A stretch of DNA of 63,782 nt, filler included, from Lenisia limosa (Eukaryota > Protista > Breviatea): NCBI GenBank assembly GCA_001655205.1. It is 9 parts of 9 records of this genome, joined end to end, with 100 filler letters (N's around TTAATTAATTAA, not from the genome) between each part and the next. Parts side by side here need not be neighbours in the genome. Positions count along the whole stretch, not along the records: positions 33,521 to 61,888 come from LPNZ01006594.1; 8 more parts are not named here. One strand, written 5' to 3'. The notes below the pieces were generated by a model that was not told the origin of the DNA, made no database searches, and saw only the letters and a program-made list of their open reading frames with translations. A program made the translations under genes and the position numbers. This document shows positions 49,681 through 61,988 of the stretch, one piece after another (positions within the stretch are counted from its first letter, which is position 1; each line of letters begins with the position of its first letter).

Positions 49681-51727
49681 ACTGTATATAATGAGAAAAT
49701 GACATTTACCCGCAGGAGCTTAAAATATGACATTTTCATGTTTTTTACTCGCGGGAAGAGGATAAATGCCTTATTTTGACTCATTGTTCCCCATTTGTTT
49801 GAGAGAATATTCATATTTTGCTTTGTTCAGACACAGAGAAGAAAATGGCAGCCTTTCGGCTGAACACATAACAGAAAGAAATGTTCATAAACCCCAATTT
49901 CTCATACAAAATCGACACAAAAAACACTTCATTTCATTCTAAAACCCCATTATGATGCTCCCCAAAGGACAGGTCTTCAGAGTGATCGATCAGTTGAGGA
50001 GGAAGTTGAAACTCCTAAAATCATGATTAATTGCTTATATTCTGTTTATAGTGCTAAGCACTGCAGAGAACAATAAAGAAAAGAGTAAAGGAGGAACCCA
50101 GCAACTTTTAGAATACCTTTGAGAAGATACTTTAAAAGCTCCAGTCAATCATCCTCAACTCTGAAAACTGCTGTTTCTTTGATAAGAAAGCTTAATAAGC
50201 GTCTAAGAAGCAGTCTTCGACTGTGCAAGCTTCCAGCATTCAGCAGTAAGAGAAGAAATCCTTCGTTTTGATAAGTAAAGAACCTGTTAAAGCCAATCAG
50301 CACGGTAAATACTGCTCTAAAAAACACCAGTTCTTCAATTCAGAGGATCCAATGAGGAAAACCATCTCTTACCTATAGAAAGCAGAAAAAGGAAGAAAAC
50401 TAAAAAAAAACTATAAATACTGCATCACTTTACATTAGCTACATATTATGTAGAATCCTTTTAGGTGGCAACAAAACCTGACTTCACCTTTTGAAAAGAA
50501 CAGAAAAGAAACACAATAACATAATTACGCATAAATTGCTCTTAAAAAAATGCTTCACTTTTTGAAGACACCTTTACTATGGAAACTGAAACATCATATT
50601 CGACATCTTCTTGGCTCTGCTCCACTGAATTTTGCAGTAAGAAATGTTTTTATCTGACGAATTTCGACCTTTTTGCTTGAGATCACTCAAAATATGACAT
50701 TTCTCATATTTCATTTTTAGAAAGCAGAAAAAGGAAGAAAAAAACTAAAAAAAAAAACTCTAAATACTGGATCACTTTACATTAGTTACATATTATGTAG
50801 AACCCTTTTTAAGTGGCAACAAAACCTGACTTCACCTTTTAGAAAGAAGAGAAAAGAAACACTAACATGATTACGCTTTAATTGAGCAAAATACTTCACT
50901 TTTTTAAGGTCGCCTTTGCTATGGAAACTGAAACATCATCTTGGTTCTGCTTTGGCATTTTGGATTTCCTTGGTTGTTTTGCGGAGGTTCCTCGGTTCTC
51001 GGAAACTCCTTAAAACAACCGCGAAAATCCCGGTATACCCGCTAACATATAAATATGGCATTTTTCATATAACTTTAGCAATATGGTCTTCTCTAAAAAT
51101 AGCGTTTCCATTGCGTTTCCTCTAGATGGTCAGCAGCTCAAGTCTTCTTTCTGAATTGATAGAGAATATACTAAAAAGTGTATAGATTGTTCTTTTATAT
51201 CAATACAGGCTTGTACTCCCTAGACAAAGTTCCATAACCACCTTAATCTTGAGGGTAAACAGGGAAGGAAAAGCGGTAAGATGGTTCAAGAGATCATAGG
51301 AGGGAACATCAAACGTAGACATCATACACCCATGGGAATTTTTTTCGGCATCATTTTCCCTGGACTTGTCATTTTTGTCCAAAAATGATGCTTTTCCCTG
51401 AAAGCACCCAACATTTTTTCTGTTTTTGACGTTTTTTAGCAAATTGGGGCAAGTTACTGATCAGGTTGTACTTTTGATGAACTCATTTTCAGACCCTTAT
51501 TTTGTAGATTTCAATGTGTAAAAAAAAAGCCGCGATTTTTCAACCACCAAAGGCAGGCACAATACATCTGAAAAATTGCCTCAACTCGAGATTGGAGGGC
51601 GCCACAGCAAGAAAAATGTAATTTTTTTCTGTTCTTGACCCACTTACTTTCAATTAATAAAAATGGCAGTATTACGTAAGGTTAAAACCGACGTTACCAC
51701 CCTCGCTGAGGACGTGGTTCTTTCAAT

Positions 51728-52865
51728 ATGATGGAGGAGGTCCGAAACAAGCGCTTTCTAAAGCACCAACCAAAGATTTCTCTTGGTTTTATGCCCAATG
51801 AGAAAGGTTCTGGAGGAGAATTCTTCCTTTGCTACAAGAAGGAAAACTGCAAGTACGGCAACAGCGTTACTGTCCCAGCTGTAAGCGTGTAATATGTGCA
51901 TTTCAGCCTTTTCGACATTACCGGCAATATAGAGATTTCCTTTTTTGAAGCACAAAACTGTTATACTCACTTCCTCTTGCTCATTCTACCCCATATTTGA
52001 CAACATTTTAGTTTTGTATCCTGTTTTGCTTGCCAATTTGCTTGTTTCTTGCCTTAACCCTTGATTTAGATCTCGCGTCAACAAGATCAGCAGTCTCCTG
52101 AGACTGTTACCCCTCCTCAGACTCACACCACCAACAAGGACGCCTCTTCTCAAGTAGGTTCACCTTTTTTATTTCCTTATTTTCATTCACTTCTTTCCAT
52201 CTTCGTGAGAAGGTCATCACCCAATCTCGTGGTTATGACGAGAATGAAAAGCAAGCCCTCAAGATCCTGATCTCTGAAACCCCTTTCTATGCTGCTCGGT
52301 ACATTTGATCTTACATGTTTCCCATTTACTGTTCAGTCTTGGAATGCTTCCTGCGTCGTCATCCAAGACCATGGACCCCAAGACATTCAAAAGCCACCGT
52401 CATGATATCTTCATCACTATGGTCAAGGTTTGAGAGGAATTGGAGTGAATTCTTGTCATTGCTTGTTTATAACATGTTTCACAGTTGTAGGTCTACAACA
52501 ACCTGCAGAAGACCCGTGTCCTTGACCCCCTCAAAGGTGAAACCATTGAGGTGTCAACTGACTGTCGCTGGTCGAAAGTATTATAGTTCACTTCTCTCCT
52601 ACTATACATATTATATAAACCTATACAACACTTGGAATTCAAGGTCTTCGCTGGTGAGGCCGAGATTGCTGAATGTCTGTGTCTCCTTCACGGTGCACGT
52701 CATCCAGGGCCTCAAGTCTACCAAGGGTATGTGGACTGTAGTTTTTTTAAAAAAAATCACGTTTGTTTTTGTCAATCCAATCTTCAGATCCTTCAAACCT
52801 CCTTGAACAAGGATTATCAAAAATCAACATACTCCGGGCTCGATCCAAGCTCCTTTGAGTCATAG
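51728..52865 (+). CDS. Unassigned intron-containing gene, probably frameshifted near its 3' end
   Basis: MMEEVRNKRFLK...TVPA|gtaagc, ISRQQDQQSPET, VITQSRGYDENEKQALKILISETPFYAAR, LGMLPASSSKTMDPKTFKSHRHDIFITMVK, VYNNLQKTRVLDPLK. Exons have consistent phases and C/G-ending codon bias. Confidence 0.55.
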
Positions 52866-55800
52866 ACGGAAGCATAACCCCTCGACTATCTTAAAATACA
52901 AGAGGGTTTCAGTGAAAATGGAACTCTGCTTAAATAACCCAAGTTCATTTCAGTTCAGTTCAAAAATATACGATATTATTTCAATGCTTCACTCTTAGAG
53001 GGGATCAAAGCATGCATTTTGGTCAATTTTCCACAAATTTTAGTCATAATTGGGATTTATGTTCGCACTCCGGTTGGTGTTCGCACTCAGGGGGTACGAC
53101 TTCTGTCATATACATATGATATAGTATATGATCAATACTTGTGGGTAAAAAGAAGAGAATTTAGCTGCAAAAGTGTGGGTGGTTAATCGCATTTATTCAA
53201 GATACGGAACAACAAATATTGAACAGTCAATGCTTCGATTTCTCCTTATGTACAAAAATGACAAAATTACTAGAGACTATTCCCAGTTCAGCTCACTATA
53301 TTTAAGTGAAATCCCCCAGAAAACCTCTAAACCCACTGTCGGCAACCCTCCCTCCGCGAACCCATTGTGCCTCCTAAGTGTTTATGCCTCTAATAACTGT
53401 ATTAATACATGATAGATATCTATGGGGCTTTTGGTCCGGATCTCAGAGAGATCTAGCCAGATAAGTCACCATAGCTGTCTTCACTCAATTCCGTGTCACC
53501 TTACCACCGTATTCACATAGAAGAAAGGTGGAATATTTGTGTGCAATAACAAAAATAAAACAAAATTCAACAAAATGCAACAAAATGCAACAAATCAAAA
53601 CCATCAATGAGTTAAGTCACCAACCTGAGCTCAGTTTTTGACATTGGTACCAAATTTTTCAGAATAATCGCACTAAATTGAATAGGTTGCACAAATTGAT
53701 ATAAGACTGAGTAGGGCTCGGGCATTCCTTTAAAGAATAAAGCAAAGGACAATATCACTTCTTTCTGAATTATCATTTCTATTGAGAATGTCTGAGTTTT
53801 CGCGAAATTTTCCTCATACTGTAAGGAACAAATCGTCCAACCAGATATTCTGTCTTTTTTTACCCTGAACTCTAGCTAGTTGTGAGAGTTCACAAGATCG
53901 GGCGAAGAACATCCCACCAGAGTGCGCATATTAACCAACTATATTTCATAAATCACATATAATTTTGAAAAACAAAAAACAGACTACACTCATACTATTT
54001 TTTTTAGATTGGTCTGATCAAATGGTGTGACTCTCTGATGAATAATATTAATATCCCTTTCTTACGCTCATTTCTGACAAAATGTTGATATTAGATTATT
54101 ATAACTACAGATAAAATGTAGCAAACAAACACCTAATCCCTAACATCATGTTTGGTGTCCCTTTACTCCTTCTTCTAATTTTCATCATCGGACAACCCCG
54201 CTGAACGGACCAATAAGGGAGTGAGTTATCCATGTGTGAGACGCTTCGTTTGGTTACTTTGCGGAGAGTCTTGACAACACAAAAGTACTCTCCGTCAATA
54301 AAGTAGACGGTCAAGGAAGCCTCATTGAGGTTGAAACATTTCCCAAATATATGAAAAAATGGGAGAGGGGGAAGAAACTGTTTATTCACCCCCCCCCCCA
54401 TGATTATTCCTACAAAATACACCCAGAAATCAGAAAGAAGACAACGAAAGATACCGAGCTCAAGGAGATACCTAACGTGGATGCGCTTGGCAATGAATTT
54501 GGGAATCTATAAATAGAATAAGATGGTGATACTTTGAAAAAAAACCTGCAACCTACAAAGAAGTTGGTAGACTCGATGCTTTTGGTGTTGAGACCAGATT
54601 TATAAGACAAAGAGTCTACCGTATCGCACACAAAATCGTCCACTGAAAGTAACGTGACGAGTTTTAGTTTAATGTGTTTTATGTGGTCTTTTCAGGTGTT
54701 TATGAATGTGTTTACTATCTATGGTGTGATTGTGTGATTGATTTTTGTTTCTATGTTGATTATGTGTTTGTGTTTGGTTGTGTGTAATGTGTTTGATTAG
54801 GTTTGTAATGCGTTTAAACGGCTTCGACAACCCTTACACGAGTATCATATACCAAATCCACCACGGAAGCTTTCTTATCAGGTAACTGTTCTGACAATTT
54901 AAGTAATGAGACTGAACTTGTTTTGATGTATTGACTTGAATCGACCTGGGTCTTGTTAGTTCACCAAGGAAGAGGGAGAGGCTGAAAGCATACCCGAAGG
55001 CCAAAGCCAACGTAACTGTTGTGGATCCCCCCTTATTAATAGGCTCCCATGATAAATGTAAAACATTGTTCAGAACCTTTTGTCAGTTTCACATTTTATC
55101 AGATGAAAAATTTACTCCAAGGTAGAATTATCCAGATGTACCATGACGGTATTAGTAATATCGCCATTAGCCGAGCTCGCGTAGTGGTGAAGAAGTGCCT
55201 TGACAACGCATCGGTAACCACATTGTCCTTTTCAGGAATTCTTCTAAACCTTCAGTGCCTCAGCCATAAGGAGACTAAATGTTGATGGACATTGGTAACA
55301 CCAAAGGGCATCACGAGTCACTCGAACAAACCCGAAAACGACTTCTTATTCACCAATATCCTGACGAGAGGTCACAGAAAGGATAGTTCACGCGAGAGAC
55401 CATCCGCAAACAAATCAATTGTATGTTCGACTTGGTGTCAAGCAGGTGAGCCCATCACTGAGACTTTTCCAGATTTTCAATTACCTTTCGCACAGTGGAG
55501 TGTGGGGAAATATCTTCCAGTAATCATTCGCTATATCGTTGACTCGCTTCAATATTCAGGAATTATTCATTTCTCTTGTAGTAGAATACGGGGGGGAGGA
55601 GAGAGACGAGAAACCGTTGGGAAAAAAAAAAAAACAACCACAAGTGGCTAATCAAAGGATTAAACTAGAAAAGAGGAAATCTTGAGTTGTTTAGAGAGTA
55701 TTAAGGTTGCCTCCAGTTGAGCTCCCTCACTAATTCCTTAGCTCGGAGAATTCTCAATTTTTTTTCCTCTTTTTCTAGTTAATTAGTTAATAGAAGCATA

Positions 55801-55979
55801 TGTAAGAGAATAAGACGTTATCAGGAAGTGATTAGTGTTTTCGTTGTAGTTTTCCATTGATTAACTCGTGTCTCTTTCCTCCTCCTCAGCCTCACTCTTG
55901 TGTCTTTCCCGACAAGGGTTTTTCGTTGTCACCCTAACCCATGTGTGTCGCGTTTCTTGATACTGACCCTCTCAAAACC

Positions 55980-57075
55980 CACCAGAAAAACTCTTGGAAA
56001 GTTGAAACATTTTTGTATTTGTTCCATTGAAATGGCCCATCTGTTTATTTCTGGGAAAGATATAACTGTAAGTGAGTGGTCCAATCGTGTTATATCCCCC
56101 CAAAAAATAGCGTGCCACTTTCTTAATCAGGCTCTGAGTCATAAGCACAAGCAAGAGACCAAAATGGAGATGATTTATCCTCGCCTGGATGAGCGCTGTT
56201 CTGCGCCAACAGTCAGCCTCTTTGGTTGAGGAATTACTATGTTAATAGAGACGTAATCTAATGATGTATTGCCTCAACAATACATGATAACACCGCTGAA
56301 GACAGTAGTTACCTCGCAAAGTTTGGGGAAAATGGTATCCTTGAGCTTCCGTTTGAATGTGCTCTTGTTAATCATGTCCCCCCTCCCCCCATCAAGCCCC
56401 ATTTTGTATGCATGAAAAGGAACTCTTGTTTTAGATTACGGGAATAGTGATCCAAAATGTTTGCATTTTCAACATACCAGAAAGCACAATGCTAAAAACA
56501 ACGCAACGCAAAAAAGCTCTTGTAACCGCTTATAATCTGGGTCGAAAGAAGGTGGGCATAATCACAGAGGGTAGGATTCTTGTTGGTTCGGAAAATGAAA
56601 ATATAATCATGTTGATCTTGAATTGATATAGAATCTGACATATCAGAAGTGAGTAATATGAAAGATCAACAGAGGGACTAGTGCCTTTCCAAAGTTGAAA
56701 CAAGTTTTCAATATCATATCGAAAACTTTGATGGAATCACCACCATAGTGTGCTCACTCCTCGCTTGGAGTTCCACCACTTCTCCGCTCCGGCTCCCTTG
56801 CCGTCGTAACGTATCCGCACCTTCACTAGTCTATCCAGTCTTGAAGCATAAGCATGACAGAGACCAATGTCTCAAGGACTGATTGTGCTTCAAATGCAAG
56901 AGGCAAGGTGCACTAGTGCGAAGAGAGATGATCATTGTGGTTCGTCAACATGACCCGTCACAAGCCGTTCGTCCATCTCCACCAAGGGTTGGTCCGGACA
57001 ACGTCTCATAATATAGTTCATAGTATGGATACCGCGTGGCCTTTGCTAAACCCATGTCTCTTGTGGTCATTATCT
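55980..57075 (-). CDS. Possible unassigned multi-exon gene or pseudogene
   Basis: MTTRDMGLAKATR|gtatcc, RCPDQPLVEMDERL, CTLPLAFEAQSVLETL, LDRLVKVRIRYDGKGAGAEKWWNSKRG|gtgagc, KSTFKRKLKDTIFPKLCE|gtaact. Confidence 0.35.
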
Positions 57076-57444
57076 AAACTGCACACTAAGAGACTTAAAA
57101 GGGACATCAAGGGAGGGGGGGGATGACATGTCAAAATTCGTTCAGGCCACAATAGTGTTGCCTCTGAATAAACAGAAATCACTCCTTTTCAGATTTAATC
57201 CAGAGCTATGTATACTAGGTTAGGTAGGTAGTTAGTTGCGTAAAATAAGAGTGTTTAGAAAGGGGGAGTAATTTCTAAAAAGCTTCAACTGTCACTTCTT
57301 CCTCTGGCCCCTTCTACGGTCCTTTGATTCTCACATACTATTAATTTTGGATTCAAGCAATTCGTTCAAGGTTTTCGTATTTCAGAAAATTCATTTCATC
57401 AACTTAATTCTCAGCTACTGCCGTTATACTGTAGACACGCCTAC

Positions 57445-57712
57445 AAGGACTACTGTCTGAACGAGGTTGTGTTCGCCACCCAGGTCATGCGCGAGCTCGG
57501 TGATAAGGTGGGTCTTGTATTCTGTCTTCATGTCGGTACTACCATAGACACTCATTATACCAAAGTCCGAAGGAATTCTCTGAATACAGTAAATCCTTAG
57601 TCTTCTTGTGTCACCCCCCCCCCAGGTTCTCCTCGCCACCAACGCTGCCGGTGGAGCCCAGGACGCTATGAGCTACGGATGCATCGTGGCCGTCAAGGAC
57701 CACATCAACCTT
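57445..57712 (+). pseudogene. Purine nucleoside phosphorylase (PNP/MTAP family) internal fragment, two exons
   Basis: HAYKDYCLNEVVFATQVMRELGDK|VLLATNAAGGAQDAMSYGCIVAVKDHINLVIRSPLEG matches PNP motifs (H.YEG, TNAAGG, DHIN). No N- or C-terminal exons were found nearby. Confidence 0.7.
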
Positions 57713-60700
57713 GTCATACGCTCTCCTCTCGAGGGTAAGCCGAACCTGATCGTCTAGACTCTTCTGTCTGCTGTTTGGTGATAGCGTTCTTACCTCTTGA
57801 CAGACACTCTCGCTGAAGCCGGGGTCTTGGCTACCCTTTTTGGTCTCTCCGGCTAAAATTGACACTATTATTTATTTTTGAGGAATTCAAATAACTCAAA
57901 TTCCTCAAATATCATATTTAAATCAAAAAAAAAAAAAAAAAAAAANNNNNNNNNNNNNNNNNNNNNNNNNNNNNNNNNNNNNNNNNNNNNNNNNNNNNNN
58001 NNNNNNNNNNNNNNNNNNNNGAGTCGGGAAAAAGGGGCAAAAGCTGGTTTTTATGAAACAATCCCAACGGAATTATCCCCAGGGTTTTAGAACCTCCCCT
58101 GCAAGAACACCCTAAGAGATATGAGGTAAAGTAAGGAAATAGGTATATTTTCAATAATACCCCATCTTTATATTAATCTTATCCTTAATGGTACTGAAGG
58201 TGGGAGGGAGGGGTAATTACGAAGGTGTGCAATTATTTGTGCTTTATAAGAGGATCATTAAAAAAAATATTCATTTAAAAAAGGTGATGAACTGAACTGG
58301 AACTGGCATATTGATCCACTCCCTTTTTTGTCCTTATTATTATTTCCGTGTAAAGTAAGAAGGTATATATGAAACATGATTAGGGTGCTCTGATGGATTG
58401 ATCAAGTCAGAATAGATCGATCAAGTCTTCCGAAAAGTAACCAATGAATGTAAGATGGTTAACATAAATATCAACATGTTAATAAATATGTCATAATTTG
58501 GAAGGAAATATTATGTGGTCCTTTTTTTGTTTAGTAAAATATATTTATATAATATATATATATGTTGGAATTTAGTGAAAGATCAAAATGAATTGGTTTT
58601 AAAGCTGATAGATTCTTCCTGGATACTACTTTTCCAATATGGGAAGCCTGCTTATAATTTAGTAGAACTCGGTAGAGGTGAAAAGCTGAACTTAATATCA
58701 TATAATACATATGTATATGTATATCCTCATTCATATACATGTCCCAAAAGCAAGCTTGCAGTGGCCGATATCAAGTCAACATGAAAGATGAGATGACACA
58801 GTTAAACCGACTGGCAATAAATTACACAAAAATAATACAGCTCTTGAAGGTAGTCACAAAACAAAACAAAAAAACATCTGACAGTCGAGATAGGAAAACT
58901 TTTTGTATACATGCTATGTACATATATCATAGTATATCATAATAGAAAATTCCAACTTAGTTTTTCCTTCTCCCTCTGAAATCACTTGATAACTAATTTT
59001 AAAAATATTCTTGTTCCTCAAAAAATTCCAAAATTGAAGATGATTAAAAGCTTCTAAAGTGTTCGAAAAAAATATGAAATGAAAAAATAATCCGAGGTCC
59101 ATTGGACATAATGACTGAAGAAGCTGACATACTATCCGCTCTCAGTGACAACCAGAGACACTCACATTACATTTTCCAAAAAAAAACACCATATTTACCC
59201 ATCAACCAACCACCTTAATAATAAACAGCATAAACAAATGAAAAGTTATATTCACAAAAATGAGTGCACATTGAATACTATGAAGAAGCGTAACATAGGA
59301 AAGATTATTATTCTCTGTTTCTTTTGTATACAGATATCCCAAAAGACACACTGTTGGTGTACAAATACTTTTTGTCCTCACACATTGGGAAATAAAAGAG
59401 TGGAGCCCACCTGCTTGTCCAATGGTATAGACTGCAAGATCTTCCTCTGATAACACAGTGAAAGGTGACTTCCTAGAAAATATATCAGAAAATCGCCAGC
59501 AAACATTTCTTCTAATTTTGTTTCAAGTTCATTTAAAGTTGACAAGGACACTTCAGAAGATACAGAAATTGAAGAGTAATTGTCCATCATAATCTGCATA
59601 AAACACAATAAAAACATGATGTGGTAAAGCAGAATTGTTATGAATCAATTCTATAACAGTTTGTAAATGAGGATAAGGATTCCAAATTACAGATGCATAT
59701 ACATTTGGTCTAAAAATAAATACAAAAGGCAATTCCACCCAACCCATAAAACATTCTTTGGTCACGAAATACTCCGATTGTTGGAACCTCAATCAGTTCA
59801 TGAATCCCCCCATCCAAAACCATTGACACAAGTAGTTGAACATCAAAAGAATCAATTAAATGTTTCTACAAAAAGTGAGAAAATAGAGCCCTACCCCAGC
59901 TAGCTGAGATCTTTGAGAATCCACCGTCCTGTCTGTTAAGGAAACAAAAATTTGTGGAGCAGAAATACAGTCTTCCATTCCCATTTGAAAAGCTCTTAAC
60001 TCAGCAAGGAACCAAGGACTATCAATCCCTAACACTACACCAACTTTTACTTGCTTGTCAAAAATGATAAGAAACTCCATCAAATAAAGGCGACTTTTTG
60101 GACTCCAAACATGCAAGGTGCCCAGCAATTCCCCATGAAACTGACGAGAATGTATAGAGAGATACCTACAGTTACAAAAAAAAAAAACATAATAAGGTTT
60201 GTCTTCAACAGGATATGGCACGACAAAAGTTGCATTGCTTGGTCTTCCCGAAGAAAACAACGTAAAAGGAAGAAAAAACCAAGGTTTTCAGATCCTTCAA
60301 GAAGCAAAACCCTGCAACAACCACAATGCTTGGAGTTGGAATCTAATGATAATTAAACAAAACCATTTCTTCAAAGATTGATAAGTCACCACAATTAGCA
60401 TTTGTAACAAGAGATGTATAGTCAACTCTAAATTACCTTAACTGGAAATAAACTGAGGAAGATCTTCAAGAACTATCCTTGCAGAGTTTAAAATGTACTC
60501 ATATCCACCATTCAATTGTCCTCCATCATTTTCAAACAAAAATATTAGCCCAATCATAAAAAATAAAAAACGGAAGTGAGTCTACGCAATAAAATAATAG
60601 GCACACCAAGACAAATATTAGCCGCATTTTATACTGCAATACTACTGTAGTCAAACTGCAAGCGGAACTGCAACTAACCAACTGCCAAGGGACCTAGTAT

Positions 60701-61714
60701 AAAGTATGGGGGAGTCAACCCCCCATTTTTGGAACAATTGTACCAGCCCAAAAATATGACGTCATTGTCTGAATTTTTCTATTTCTACTATGAATCGAAC
60801 TTTAAACTTTGGGGAGAAAGCGAATGATCCGCGTTTATTGCTTTACTTTTATTGTTTTGAGTTATTTCTTGGTAAAATAAATAAGAATTTGAAGCAAAGG
60901 CGCCCTGTGCTTCCGTAAGCTCATATTTGGGCCTAAATCGAACTCTATTGGCAGAAACACAAATTATTAATTCCTAAACATACAAATACTTCCAACAATT
61001 CACATAACTACTTCGATTTCAAAGTAACAATTCGGCACACAAGGAAAAATTATTACAGTGACGTGGACTTTGAGCTGTTCTAAAATTTTGAAAAAATGCC
61101 CCATATTTATATATCTATACTCCTCCTAGAAGGGACTCCAGGAACCCAGAATTGTGGCGATCCTGGTAATCTTGGCCGATCCTGGGAAGCTTTGGTCCAC
61201 TTTTGACCCAGGCAAGCACCTCTCTCTCTCCATATTTGTTCCGATATAAACAGCATAGGATAAGTGTCTAAATCTAGCTTACCTTCAATTTACCTAGGTA
61301 GAATTTTCCCATTCATTTACGCTTCATTTGAGTTTAATAAGCACGTTATATCCACACAACTGTTTTTGAAACAGCCAACCCAGTGAAAATGCTCAATTGT
61401 CAGATTGGAAAAGGCCGTCTTCGCACGGTTATCTATATGCCTGGACGGGTAAACCCGATAAAACCCGATAATTTTTTTTCCACCCCAAATGTCTTAATTT
61501 TTTTAATTATTCTTCTTTTTCTTTTTATCTCTTATCCTTATTTTAGACAAACCTTCACTTAAACGTATTTTTTGGTAATAAGAAAAAGTAAATACTGTAG
61601 CTCATATGACAAACAAGTTTTTCGAGAAAATTAACATATCAAAACACGAAAAATATGATTGATAATGAAAACACAGCTTAAATTCAATTGAAAATTCAAA
61701 AATGCATAAGCACA

Positions 61715-61843
61715 TTATTTCTTCCTGGGCTTCTTTTTCGGGGCAGTGGCCTTCTGCTGAGAGTCGAGCTTCTTGGCTTCTACGATGCGATGTTTCATAT
61801 TGGCAGTGAGCTGCTTGGTGCCATCAAAGCTCTCAAAGATCTC
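61715..61843 (-). CDS. Terminal exon of an unassigned gene next to a linker gap
   Basis: ag|EIFESFDGTKQLTANMKHRIVEAKKLDSQQKATAPKKKPRKK-TAA. Confidence 0.5.
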   Translation of the reverse strand, partial: EIFESFDGTKQLTANMKHRIVEAKKLDSQQKATAPKKKPRKK

Positions 61844-61988
61844 CTAATACAGGTTATTTCAAGATAATGAAAATCAGAATTCAAAGAANNNNNNNNNNNN
61901 NNNNNNNNNNNNNNNNNNNNNNNNNNNNNNNNTTAATTAATTAANNNNNNNNNNNNNNNNNNNNNNNNNNNNNNNNNNNNNNNNNNNN

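Noticed and set aside
54196-54206. CCCGCTGAAC matching the 5' end of LSU rRNA
   Set aside because: Only 10 nt with no flanking similarity. The upstream half of the LSU gene was also not found on the far side of the DIRS-like element, which argues against the element being inserted in rDNA.
54990-55045. Apparent DNA adenine methyltransferase motif (VTVVDPPY)
   Set aside because: The sequence has six Cs, so the frame reads DPPLLIGS. Forcing DPPY needs a frameshift and is followed at once by TAA TAG. No FxGxG motif was found.
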